This document shows positions 44,459 through 53,161 of a stretch of 59,499 nt of DNA, piece after piece. The DNA lies in the IMG/VR virus record IMGVR_UViG_3300024308_000008, positions 1-59,499 of that record, one strand, 5' to 3'. This DNA comes from a virus. The notes below the pieces were generated by a model. That model saw only the letters and a program-made list of their open reading frames with translations, had not been told where the DNA came from and did not search any database. Positions within the stretch are counted from its first letter, which is position 1. Each line of letters opens with the position of its first letter. Both the position numbers and the translations under genes were made by a program.

Positions 44459-44947
44459 ATGCAAAACTATATCGCTCCCTTGAATGGTGCTGTTGCCATT
44501 CTGTTGTTCCTGATCGTCGCTGTCGGACTCGGCATCTGGCTGTTCTGTTCCAACGTGCTTATCCCGCGAGAGCGTTACGAAAGAGGTCGACGCTACGCCC
44601 TGGACGCATTCGAAAAGTTCGGGGACGATGCAAAAGATGGACTGGAAGATCACATTAAATCTGCAAAAATATTCGCCTGCTTTTGCGAGTTCGAAAAAGG
44701 CATTATATCTGTTCTGAAGACTCGAGAGCTGGACAAGCGAGGTTTGAAGGAAATGCAGACTTACGAAGAAGCCAAGCAACGTGGTGTCAAGTTCGCCGAA
44801 CAAATCCTCCGCAACTATCCTGAAACAGGTCTCGAGTCTTTGCGACGCAGTATTGTTGATCACAGGAATACCTCTATCCACAAAGACTCGTGCTTTGCAG
44901 ACGGGATCGAAGAAGTCTTGTCCAATCTGGCAAACATGGGTCGTTAA
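44459..44947 (+). CDS. Hypothetical protein with an N-terminal TM segment
   Basis: 'NGAVAILLFLIVAVGLGIWLFC'. It starts 1 nt after the upstream stop. Confidence 0.55.
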   Translation: MQNYIAPLNGAVAILLFLIVAVGLGIWLFCSNVLIPRERYERGRRYALDAFEKFGDDAKDGLEDHIKSAKIFACFCEFEKGIISVLKTRELDKRGLKEMQTYEEAKQRGVKFAEQILRNYPETGLESLRRSIVDHRNTSIHKDSCFADGIEEVLSNLANMGR

Positions 44948-44948
44948 A

Positions 44949-45497
44949 ATGGGCAATGAAATGGAAATTCAACCGCGCCAGTTCACGCTGAAGAACATCC
45001 GTGGAATCCTGGAGATCTTTGGACTCCAAGGGGTTATTGTGATTAAGGGACAAGGTTGGTCTCGCTGCTACGTGCAGCACTGTGCCCCTGCAACCAGGTT
45101 GGAGCCTAACCCGATACCACTTCAATTCGGTCGCGTCATGTTTAAAGACGGCAAATTTAGCCACTTCAACTTCTACCTAGACCCAACTGGTCGCATCCAC
45201 GATACCATGTATTATGAGGTCGCCTTGCTCCTGTTCCGGGCCACAGGGATAGAGCTCGATGCGCCTGCCTGGGACGACCTCGTGGCACGCGCTAAGCTGC
45301 GTGAGGATGCCAGGTGCGAGCAGCGTGCACGGGAGCGGGGGCAGTTGCCTGCAAAGGCTAAAGGTGCGCGCCGCAAGCTGTCTGCGCCAAACTATGCGCA
45401 CGCCGTGATGCAAACCTTGGAGAGCGACATTGGCGAGCTCAGGCAAAAAGACTTGTTGGAGTCTTTGTCTTGTGATGATAAGCCTGAGCAGGTATAG
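44949..45497 (+). CDS. Hypothetical protein
   Basis: The ATG lies 1 nt after the upstream stop. The longer track ORF overlaps the previous gene. Confidence 0.5.
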   Translation: MGNEMEIQPRQFTLKNIRGILEIFGLQGVIVIKGQGWSRCYVQHCAPATRLEPNPIPLQFGRVMFKDGKFSHFNFYLDPTGRIHDTMYYEVALLLFRATGIELDAPAWDDLVARAKLREDARCEQRARERGQLPAKAKGARRKLSAPNYAHAVMQTLESDIGELRQKDLLESLSCDDKPEQV

Positions 45498-45541
45498 TTA
45501 GCTTGTCTGGTAATTAAACCTTTTCTTGTTGGAGATGTGAA

Positions 45542-45805
45542 ATGAAACTCAAGTTTGATGTGACTTCCGAAGAACTCTCAGACTTTTTGAACAAGCAGTA
45601 CCGCGTGCTGACCGACAAGCTTAACGATGCTGTCGGCCGTAAAGATTACACTCAGGCCAAGACCTTGCTGGAGCGTGTTTCTGAGATTGACGACCTCATG
45701 AAGCACAACTTGGTTCCCAACTCGATCGCTAATGTGGTTATTCGCGTCGACGTAATCCCCAGGGAAGCCCCCTCGCTTCCTGCGCACGGGCCGAGCCCAC
45801 GCTGA
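45542..45805 (+). CDS. Hypothetical protein
   Basis: 87-aa ORF with GGAG upstream. Confidence 0.5.
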   Translation: MKLKFDVTSEELSDFLNKQYRVLTDKLNDAVGRKDYTQAKTLLERVSEIDDLMKHNLVPNSIANVVIRVDVIPREAPSLPAHGPSPR

Positions 45806-46275
45806 TGACGGTAAAAGCGATTTGCGCACATTGCGAGTCTGACTGCCGCCTCACAGATGGGGCGGAAATCTACACTCATCGCGCCGACCTCCACAGTTTG
45901 AAGTTTTGGATCTGCGACAAGTGTGACGCCTACGTTGGGTGTCACAAGCCTGGTAATAATACCCGCAAGGGTAACGCTGATGGCACACTTCCCATGGGTA
46001 CTGCTGCGAACAAAGAGCTGCGAATCTTACGACACAAGATTCACCGCCTTATTGACCCCTTCTGGGAGAAGTCCAACAACAAGCGGGGGCACAGACAGGA
46101 GCTTTATGCTCACCTTACCCATTTCGGTCACCACAAGAAACTGATACGTGATGGGGAAACTTTCCACGTTTCTACACTGACTCTAGAATCGGCTCAGCGC
46201 TTTTACGACCTTTTCGACGAGTTTGCTAAAATCTACTACCCTTACGGGGTTCGAGTTATTTCGAGGGTTAAATAA
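45805..46275 (+). CDS. Zinc-finger protein (DUF3268-like)
   Basis: 'CAHCESDC...CDKCDAYVGCH' followed by a helical tail. Confidence 0.5.
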   Translation: MTVKAICAHCESDCRLTDGAEIYTHRADLHSLKFWICDKCDAYVGCHKPGNNTRKGNADGTLPMGTAANKELRILRHKIHRLIDPFWEKSNNKRGHRQELYAHLTHFGHHKKLIRDGETFHVSTLTLESAQRFYDLFDEFAKIYYPYGVRVISRVK

Positions 46276-46715
46276 TGCGTCAAATCCAACATCAAACACA
46301 GCCGACTGGTAACACTTGCGTTTGCACCTGCATCGCGATGCTGACTGGCAAACCTGCCCAGGAAATCATCGACAAGTGGCACGATCTTTACTACAGCCAC
46401 CAAGAACCACTGATGGACATTCTGGAAGAAGAGGGCTTGCGCGTCGAGCGCCACTATTCTGCAGGCTCCCCACGCATACTGCCAGGCAAGCTTTACTTGC
46501 TCACTGTACCTTCTTTGAACATTGAAGGTTCGCTCCACCAAGTCCTTGTAGACTGGAGGGACGAAGCTCTTGGCCCGGTTTGCCTGGACCCGGCGAAAGG
46601 GTTGCCTGATCGCAAATACTACACTCTGAGCGAAGACGAGTGGGATGACGTAACTGAAGCCCGCCTCCTCACTTCCTGGGTTTTGGATTTCACAATCAAA
46701 GGGTGGAAAGAATGA
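46275..46715 (+). CDS. Papain-fold cysteine peptidase, C39-like (putative)
   Basis: 'QHQTQPTGNTCVCTCIAML' (Gln...Cys) and 'GSLHQVLV' (His). Confidence 0.5.
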   Translation: MRQIQHQTQPTGNTCVCTCIAMLTGKPAQEIIDKWHDLYYSHQEPLMDILEEEGLRVERHYSAGSPRILPGKLYLLTVPSLNIEGSLHQVLVDWRDEALGPVCLDPAKGLPDRKYYTLSEDEWDDVTEARLLTSWVLDFTIKGWKE

Positions 46716-47245
46716 CTGTAATCGTTTATCGCGACGGGGTAATGGCTGCTGACCGTATGCAATCCACGGGCAATGTCAGTGAACCTGTAAGAACCAAGAT
46801 TTTTATCGTGACGCCGAAAGACCATGTGCGCCTTGTCGTAGGACTATGTGGCACCACTAAAGGCACAGCGGAGATTCTCAAACACCTGGAACAGCACGGC
46901 ACTAAGGGCGGGCACCTCGACTTGTCGGCCCTAGGTTACAAATCTGACCATACTTACGGCTATGCTGTTAGCGCTTACGGTACAGTCTGGGAAATCTACG
47001 GCGATGGGTCTTGCCTGGAGCCTGAGCCCCAAGATTATTACGTGGATGGAGCGGGCTACGAGTTTGCGATGGGTGCTTGCGCTGCTGGCGCCAGTGCTGT
47101 GCAAGCTGTGTTGTTAGCGGGCAAGCACCACTTAGCTTGCGGTTATGGCGCGACCTCTGTTAACGTAAAAGAGTACCTTACAAAAGGTGGCGGTCAAACA
47201 GGGCACTCCGAGGAGAGTTTAAATGATTGCAAGAGCTCCAGGTAA
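46712..47245 (+). CDS. HslV/proteasome-beta-like Ntn threonine peptidase (putative)
   Basis: ATGA overlap with the upstream stop. 'MTVIVYRDGVMAADRMQSTGN' and 'YVDGAGYEFAMGA' parallel E. coli HslV '[24 protein letters not shown]' and '[13 protein letters not shown]'. Confidence 0.5.
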   Translation: MTVIVYRDGVMAADRMQSTGNVSEPVRTKIFIVTPKDHVRLVVGLCGTTKGTAEILKHLEQHGTKGGHLDLSALGYKSDHTYGYAVSAYGTVWEIYGDGSCLEPEPQDYYVDGAGYEFAMGACAAGASAVQAVLLAGKHHLACGYGATSVNVKEYLTKGGGQTGHSEESLNDCKSSR

Positions 47246-47450
47246 AAGTTACCTTTGTAAAGGTGGCCCTTACCACAACAAGCTGATTGAACTCACTAAC
47301 GGTCAGCGAACTCTGGAATTTAGCGTCGGCGGCTGTAAACCGGGGCACTACCGCCCCGCTACAGCAGAAGACAACCCGATAGAACTTTGCGCACCCTACC
47401 TTGCGTCTCCGACCTACGACATGGTTTGGACGGAGGAGACAAATGGCTGA
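47223..47450 (+). CDS. Hypothetical 75-aa protein
   Basis: Overlaps both neighbours and belongs to a translationally coupled chain. Confidence 0.4.
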   Translation: MIARAPGKSYLCKGGPYHNKLIELTNGQRTLEFSVGGCKPGHYRPATAEDNPIELCAPYLASPTYDMVWTEETNG

Positions 47451-47994
47451 GCTGGTATTAATGTGGTTACGCAAGAACTGGCTGACACTGCTGCTTTGCG
47501 CTATAATGTTCGCAGGCTACAAATATCACCAATATCTGGTTAAGGACGCTCATGAATCTGGGTATGAAAATGGCAAGAAGGCAACAGAGCAGATCGCTGA
47601 GAATCGCGAGAAGAAGCTACTCGAGCAAAGGCTTGCAGATAAAAACGCTCTCGAGCAAAAACAACAAGCTGAACTGGCTCTTCGTGACAATCGGATTCTT
47701 GAGCTTGATAATGCTGCTGACGGGATGCGCACAGAGCTCGAGCGTATTGCCCGACTCGCAAGTCACTATACCGGCGTTAAGTCCTCTGGCGATTCAGCCA
47801 GAAAGGCGGTCGGTTTGCTTGCCGAGTTGCTCAGAGAAAGCCAAGATGCTTATCGAACAACAGCAGCAGAAGCTGACAGGTATTACCTCGCTGGAATGAC
47901 TTGCCAGCAACAATACAATTCCTTAAGAGGCAACTATGAAGCCAAAACAACTGAAGGCGGCAGCCAAACCTATGTCAAGCTTAATGATCGCTGA
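47443..47994 (+). CDS. i-spanin (Rz-like, DUF2514-type)
   Basis: GGAGGAG RBS, N-terminal TM 'WLTLLLCAIMFAGY', and a coiled-coil periplasmic part. Confidence 0.65.
   Translation: MAELVLMWLRKNWLTLLLCAIMFAGYKYHQYLVKDAHESGYENGKKATEQIAENREKKLLEQRLADKNALEQKQQAELALRDNRILELDNAADGMRTELERIARLASHYTGVKSSGDSARKAVGLLAELLRESQDAYRTTAAEADRYYLAGMTCQQQYNSLRGNYEAKTTEGGSQTYVKLNDR
47552..47899 (+). CDS. o-spanin (Rz1-like lipoprotein) embedded in the +1 frame of the i-spanin gene
   Basis: Lipobox 'LLTG|C' with Cys at 47726-47728, preceded by 'WLFVTIGFLSLIM'. AAGGA lies before ATG 47552. The long N-region leaves the start uncertain. Confidence 0.5.
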   Translation: MNLGMKMARRQQSRSLRIARRSYSSKGLQIKTLSSKNNKLNWLFVTIGFLSLIMLLTGCAQSSSVLPDSQVTIPALSPLAIQPERRSVCLPSCSEKAKMLIEQQQQKLTGITSLE

Positions 47995-48169
47995 GTTCAT
48001 CAAAACTTCAAGCCCTGCTACCAAGGCGGCGTTTGAAAAACACAAGCAAGACCTTTTGGAAAAACTGACTCTGGTTCAACAAGGTGACGAAGAAGCCTTG
48101 GCGGGGTTTATGTTCGCTTATGCGGAACTGGGTAATGAGATTGGTCGCCGTTACAATGTAAAACATTGA
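47936..48169 (+). CDS. Hypothetical 77-aa protein
   Basis: aagagg RBS. Confidence 0.45.
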   Translation: MKPKQLKAAAKPMSSLMIAEFIKTSSPATKAAFEKHKQDLLEKLTLVQQGDEEALAGFMFAYAELGNEIGRRYNVKH

Positions 48170-48224
48170 CCAAGCACCTTCGTGAGTGTATTGTCAAGGC
48201 TTCATTCACGTGGGGGATTAAAAA

Positions 48225-48734
48225 ATGCCAGTAATTACGCCGGAACGCGCAGGGGGTAAAAACCGTTGCGCGTTTTTAGATATGTTAGCGGTATCTGAGT
48301 TAGGACCCCTTCTGGGTGTGTCTGACAACGGTTACAACGTGATTGTCGGAAGCGTCTATTCTAAATCTGGTAACCACAAGTTGGACCTGTTCAGCGACTA
48401 CCGGAATCACCCTCGCAAACTCGTCACCCTCGAAAAGCTTGGCATCAAGTCAACTGCCGCAGGGCGATACCAAATACTGGCAAGATTCTACGACGTTTAC
48501 AAAGTCCAGCTGAAACTTCCAGACTTTTCACCGCTGTCCCAAGATCTTATCGCGCTCCAGCTTATGCGGGAGTGTCGGGCGTTCGAACCCCTCGATCGCG
48601 GGGATATTAAGACTGCTATTACTCGTTGCAAGTCACGCTGGGCCTCTTTGCCTGGGGCGGGGTACAACCAAAACGAGCACAGCATGGACTATCTGGTCCA
48701 GGCATACACCGCTGCGGGCGGCACAGTGAGCTGA
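48225..48734 (+). CDS. Endolysin, lambda R-type lytic transglycosylase (GH104)
   Basis: Near-colinear with lambda R: 'AFLDMLAVSE', 'NHPRKLVTL', 'AAGRYQIL', 'DFSPLSQD', 'WASLPGAGYNQNEH'. Confidence 0.9.
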   Translation: MPVITPERAGGKNRCAFLDMLAVSELGPLLGVSDNGYNVIVGSVYSKSGNHKLDLFSDYRNHPRKLVTLEKLGIKSTAAGRYQILARFYDVYKVQLKLPDFSPLSQDLIALQLMRECRAFEPLDRGDIKTAITRCKSRWASLPGAGYNQNEHSMDYLVQAYTAAGGTVS

Positions 48735-48741
48735 GGGCACA

Positions 48742-49053
48742 ATGGACATCGATAACGAAACTAAAACAAAGCTCTGGTTGATGGTAGCAGGGTTGGCAGG
48801 GGGCTTTATCACTCTGACTACCAGCAAGCAAGAGCTGACCTTCAAGCAGCGGATAGCGTACTTGATCTCTGCGCTTTTCGTTGCTTTGTTCATCACGCCT
48901 TGGGCGTGTGAATACTTCGGGATAACTTCCACAACCGCTTTGACTGGGTTGGGGTTTACCATGGGCGCTTTCTGGCAAATCGTTGTCGCCAGGGGCGCTG
49001 AATTTATTCAAAACTGGCGGAAGCCAGGGAACAACGAGGCTCAAAATGGCTAA
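48742..49053 (+). CDS. Holin (putative, three TM segments)
   Basis: Three hydrophobic spans and a charged C-terminus, adjacent to the endolysin gene. Confidence 0.55.
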   Translation: MDIDNETKTKLWLMVAGLAGGFITLTTSKQELTFKQRIAYLISALFVALFITPWACEYFGITSTTALTGLGFTMGAFWQIVVARGAEFIQNWRKPGNNEAQNG

Positions 49054-49366
49054 CGATATTTTGGTATCGCTTGGTTGGGTAACGGACATTGGCGAATGCG
49101 CGAAAAGTGTGGTCCATTTTTGGGGGACGCCGTTGGGCCTTTTTATCTCAGGCTCGATAGTGTTTTCTAGCTTCATTCGGGTGTCTCACCCGAAGGGCAA
49201 CCAAGGATTTTTCGATTCAATTTGGCATCTTTGCTTTGGGTTAACGGGGGCAGCGGGGTTCATTGGAGGGCTGACAGGGGCTTACCCCACGCAGGTACTT
49301 AAAAGCATGTTAATCTTAATGGCGATAAGGGGGATCGTTAAGGCCGTTCGCGTGTTTCGAATTTGA
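49046..49366 (+). CDS. Second holin-like/antiholin-like membrane protein
   Basis: ATG 49046 overlaps the holin stop. The product has multiple hydrophobic spans. Confidence 0.45.
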   Translation: MANDILVSLGWVTDIGECAKSVVHFWGTPLGLFISGSIVFSSFIRVSHPKGNQGFFDSIWHLCFGLTGAAGFIGGLTGAYPTQVLKSMLILMAIRGIVKAVRVFRI

Positions 49367-49371
49367 ACCTC

Positions 49372-49400
49372 TTGCCACAAGCCCATATCGCCTTTATATT
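49372..49400 (+). promoter_or_regulatory. Candidate promoter for the late block (TTGCCA, 17-nt spacer, TATATT)
   Basis: Read directly, 24 nt upstream of the terS ATG. Confidence 0.4.
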
Positions 49401-49423
49401 CAAGCCATTGATTCGGAGGCGAT

Positions 49424-49993
49424 ATGAGCAATATTGACGTAAACGACCCAGACTGGACTGCTTACATTGAAAGGTCTAAGGAATTAGACCACGATGCTCG
49501 CGTGATCCGTGAGCGCGTCGTTTCAGAGTACCTTTACGACTTCAACTGGACCCGTGCTTGCCTCCGTTGCGGGTTTCGTGCTGAGTTCGCAGAAGACAAC
49601 GGCAAGCGCTTTCGCAATGACCCTTACTGCATTTGGAGAGTCAAAACACTCGCCCGCGAGCGCAACCTTGAAGTTCGCAGCGACGTCACCCCTGAGCAAG
49701 CCCTGGACGAGCAAGCAGCGAAAAGGGCAGACATCCTTAGCGCACTGGAGCGCGAAGCTAACTACTTTGGGCCCGGTAGCAGCGCAGCGGCCCGTGTAAG
49801 CGCACTGGGCAAACTGGCGCAGCTACGAGGCATGGAGCCTGTGAAGCAGGCGAAGATTGAGCACAAGATGCCTGGCGTAATGGTAGCACCCGGGATTGCT
49901 AGCGTATCTGACTGGGAATCTGTGGCCCAGGGTGCCCAAGAGAAGCTCCGAGACGAAACAATGAGCGCCGTCCAAACAGGGGTGACTCATTAA
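49424..49993 (+). CDS. Terminase small subunit
   Basis: The 'VVSEYLYDFNWTRACLRCGF' HTH-like segment is typical of TerS, and the gene lies directly upstream of terL. Confidence 0.65.
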   Translation: MSNIDVNDPDWTAYIERSKELDHDARVIRERVVSEYLYDFNWTRACLRCGFRAEFAEDNGKRFRNDPYCIWRVKTLARERNLEVRSDVTPEQALDEQAAKRADILSALEREANYFGPGSSAAARVSALGKLAQLRGMEPVKQAKIEHKMPGVMVAPGIASVSDWESVAQGAQEKLRDETMSAVQTGVTH

Positions 49994-51519
49994 TGGGTGA
50001 AGCTGCTTACAAGGTCGTGTGGAAGCCCCACGACGGGTCTCAAACTTTAGCTTTGTCTTGCCCTGCTGACGAAATATTGTATCACGGCACACGAGGTCCT
50101 GGAAAGACTGACTCTCAACTCATGCGCTTCAGACAGCGCGTGGGGCTAGGTTACGGAAAATACTGGAAAGGTATCATCTTTGACCGTGAATACAAAAACC
50201 TAGACGACCTTGTTACCAAATCCCAGAGATGGTTCCCTGAATTTAACGACGGCGCGAAGTTCCTAAGCTCGAAGTCGGACTATAAGTGGGTCTGGCCTAC
50301 AGGTGAGGAGTTGCTTTTCCGTGTCGCGGCAAAGCCTGAAGATTACTGGTCTTATCACGGCCACGAGTACCCATTCATTGGCTGGAACGAGCTGACCAAG
50401 TATCCGACTTCTTTGGTGTACGATGCGATGATGTCGTGCAACCGGTCATCCTTCCTCCCTGAGGACCACCCACAGATTGATAAACAGGGGAATGTCTATT
50501 ACTTGCCGCGCATACCCCTTGAAGTATTCGCAACGACTAACCCCTTCGGCGTGGGGCACAACTGGGTTAAGAAGCGCTTCATTGACATCGCCCCGATGGG
50601 TAAGATTGTGTCCAACGAAGTTACAGTGTTTGACCCTAAGACGCAGAAAGATATTGTGGTTACAACAACAAGGTGCCACATTTACGGTTCTTACCGGGAA
50701 AACAAAAACCTTGACCCCAAATATATAGCGAAGCTGATGTCAGAGACGGACCCGAACAAACGCATCGCGTGGTTGGCAGGCTCTTGGGAGATTACTTCTG
50801 GCGGTATGTTTGACGACGTGTGGAACAGCCGTATTCATGTTCTCCCTCGTTTTAATATACCGGAAAGTTGGAAGATCACTCGCAGCTTTGACTGGGGCTC
50901 GTCTAAACCCTTCTCTGTTGGCTGGTGGGCGATTAGCGACGGCACAGATTACGTTGACCACACGGGCAAGCGTCGAAGCACAGTTCGCGGTGACGTTTTC
51001 CGAATTGCTGAATGGTACGGCACGAACGGTAAGACAAACGAGGGTTTGCGCATGATAGACGCAGACATCGCCCGTGGCATCAGATACCGCGAAAACTTGT
51101 GGGGCATAAGCAACAGGGTTCAACCTGGTCCAGCTGATAATAGTATCTGGGACTTGGAAAACAACAACTCTACTGCGGCCACAATGGCCAAGCCTGTTCT
51201 CATTGAAGGTCTGAGCTACCCGGGGATCACGTGGCGGAGGTCCGACAAATCTACGGGCTCTCGGAAGCGTGGTTGGCAGAAAATGCGGGAGTTCTTTTTC
51301 GGTTCCTACCCTGATCGGGAAACAGGAAAGAGAGAGAACCCTGGTATTTTTATTTTCGACGAATGTAAATATTTCATAGATCTTGTTCCGAGCTTGCCCC
51401 GTGACGAAGTTGATCAAGATGACGTAGACACGGAAGCAGAAGACCATATGGGTGACGAGACTCGTTACTTCATTCTAGACCAAGCTGTTTACAGCGGTGT
51501 AAGACCTACCAGGGGGTAA
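49993..51519 (+). CDS. Terminase large subunit
   Basis: Walker A 'GTRGPGKTDS'; call also rests on size and on position between terS and portal. Confidence 0.85.
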   Translation: MGEAAYKVVWKPHDGSQTLALSCPADEILYHGTRGPGKTDSQLMRFRQRVGLGYGKYWKGIIFDREYKNLDDLVTKSQRWFPEFNDGAKFLSSKSDYKWVWPTGEELLFRVAAKPEDYWSYHGHEYPFIGWNELTKYPTSLVYDAMMSCNRSSFLPEDHPQIDKQGNVYYLPRIPLEVFATTNPFGVGHNWVKKRFIDIAPMGKIVSNEVTVFDPKTQKDIVVTTTRCHIYGSYRENKNLDPKYIAKLMSETDPNKRIAWLAGSWEITSGGMFDDVWNSRIHVLPRFNIPESWKITRSFDWGSSKPFSVGWWAISDGTDYVDHTGKRRSTVRGDVFRIAEWYGTNGKTNEGLRMIDADIARGIRYRENLWGISNRVQPGPADNSIWDLENNNSTAATMAKPVLIEGLSYPGITWRRSDKSTGSRKRGWQKMREFFFGSYPDRETGKRENPGIFIFDECKYFIDLVPSLPRDEVDQDDVDTEAEDHMGDETRYFILDQAVYSGVRPTRG

Positions 51520-51520
51520 A

Positions 51521-53080
51521 ATGAGCATCACAGCCGTCCACCCGCTCTATGCGAAATTCAGTCCTATTTGGGAAAAGCTGAATGACGTGTTCGCAGGACA
51601 GGACACCATCAAGGAAAAACGGCAAAAGTATTTGCCACCACTAATGTCAATGGAATTGGACGGGATGACGTCCCCCGAAGACTTGGGTTACCAGCGGTAT
51701 CAACAGTATATACTGAGGGCCAACTTCCCAGACGATTACTCTGAGGCGGTTCGGAATAACCACGGTCTTTTGTGGTCCAAGCAAGCTACGATCGAGCTAC
51801 CCGACGAGATGGCTTACATGTTGACGTCTGCCACCCGTGACGGGATGGGTTTGCAAGCCTTGCTGGCAGCCGTAAACGAGATGCAACTCCGAAACGGTCG
51901 AGTGGGTCTTCTGCTGGACATGGATTCCGTTGCATCTGCGGAAAATAAGCCCTTTATTAGCGTCTACTATGCTCCAGCTATTCGCAATTGGGATTCTGCT
52001 GATCGCAGGCTTGACGGGGCAGTGGCTCGAGACTCTCTTAACATGCTTGTGCTTGACGAATCCGGGCCTGTGCGCGTAGAAGGCGGGTTCGACTGGCAAG
52101 ACCAGATCCGTCGAAGGGTTTTGTTGCTCGGGCCTTTGGAGGTCGACGATAAAGCCAACTCCGGTGCTGTTTATCAACAAGGCCTTTTTGTCAACGACCA
52201 GGAAACTGATTCTTTCGACAAAACGAAGATGATTGTGCCTAAGTATAAAGGTTCACCTTTGAATGAGATCCCTTTTGTCGCAATCAATGCGTCAGACTGC
52301 TTGATTGAGCCTGACAGCCCTCCTTTGCTAGGTTTAGCAAACCTTGTCCTTTCGATGTACATTAGCGATGCTGACTACCGCCAACACTTGGCGACACAAG
52401 GCCAAGACACTTTGGTTCGCATAGGCGCGATAGGCGACGGCGCAAGTGACGGCAAGGCCCCTGTTCGTGTGGGCGGTAACTCCGTCATAGACGTTGCAAT
52501 GGGAGGCGATGTTAAATACGTTGGCATCGAATCGAAGGGCTTAGAGGAGGCCCGCATGGCTTTGGCGAACGACAAAGCCGAAGCTCAACTGAAAGCGGGC
52601 CAAATGGTTAACAACACCAAAGGCAGCCAGGAGTCTGGGGAAGCTCTTCGCACCCGTATAGGTGCCCGTACTGCTTCCCTCGTGCAGCTCGCGAAAACAG
52701 GTGCCAGCGGTGTAGAGGCTTTGCTGAAGCTGTGTGCGCGATGGATGGGGCTGGACGAAAACCAAGTGATTGTTAAGCCCAACTTGGACTTCTCGAAAGC
52801 TTTGTTCTCTGGGCAAAACTTAGTCCAGACCATGTCAGCTCGCCAGCTGGGCGCACCAGTCTCTCTTGAGACCATCCACAGCTATCTGTCTGATCAAGGG
52901 TTGACCACATTGACCTTTGAAGAAGAGATGAAGAAGATGGATGAAGAGTTCACGAAATATCCGTTCGTCAAAGACATGATGGCGTCAGGTAAAGCTGACC
53001 AAAATGGAGTTCAGCAAGCGCAAGGCTCGGCAGTCACAGCGGGCGGGATTGCTCAAGCTAAACAAAACCAAGCGACTTGA
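51521..53080 (+). CDS. Portal protein (DUF4055-type)
   Basis: 519 aa immediately after terL, with 'QQYILRANFPD...NGRVGLLLDMD'. Confidence 0.8.
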   Translation: MSITAVHPLYAKFSPIWEKLNDVFAGQDTIKEKRQKYLPPLMSMELDGMTSPEDLGYQRYQQYILRANFPDDYSEAVRNNHGLLWSKQATIELPDEMAYMLTSATRDGMGLQALLAAVNEMQLRNGRVGLLLDMDSVASAENKPFISVYYAPAIRNWDSADRRLDGAVARDSLNMLVLDESGPVRVEGGFDWQDQIRRRVLLLGPLEVDDKANSGAVYQQGLFVNDQETDSFDKTKMIVPKYKGSPLNEIPFVAINASDCLIEPDSPPLLGLANLVLSMYISDADYRQHLATQGQDTLVRIGAIGDGASDGKAPVRVGGNSVIDVAMGGDVKYVGIESKGLEEARMALANDKAEAQLKAGQMVNNTKGSQESGEALRTRIGARTASLVQLAKTGASGVEALLKLCARWMGLDENQVIVKPNLDFSKALFSGQNLVQTMSARQLGAPVSLETIHSYLSDQGLTTLTFEEEMKKMDEEFTKYPFVKDMMASGKADQNGVQQAQGSAVTAGGIAQAKQNQAT

Positions 53081-53107
53081 CAAAGTTGTCTGATCGTTTT
53101 AACTTAC

Positions 53108-53129
53108 AAGCGCCCAATGTCGGGCGCTT
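53108..53129 (+). terminator. Hairpin after the portal gene (weak terminator or processing site)
   Basis: aagcgccc-aatgtc-gggcgctt with a poor T-run. Confidence 0.3.
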
Positions 53130-53161
53130 CACTTTGTTGCATGGCAACAGGAGAATTTTCA

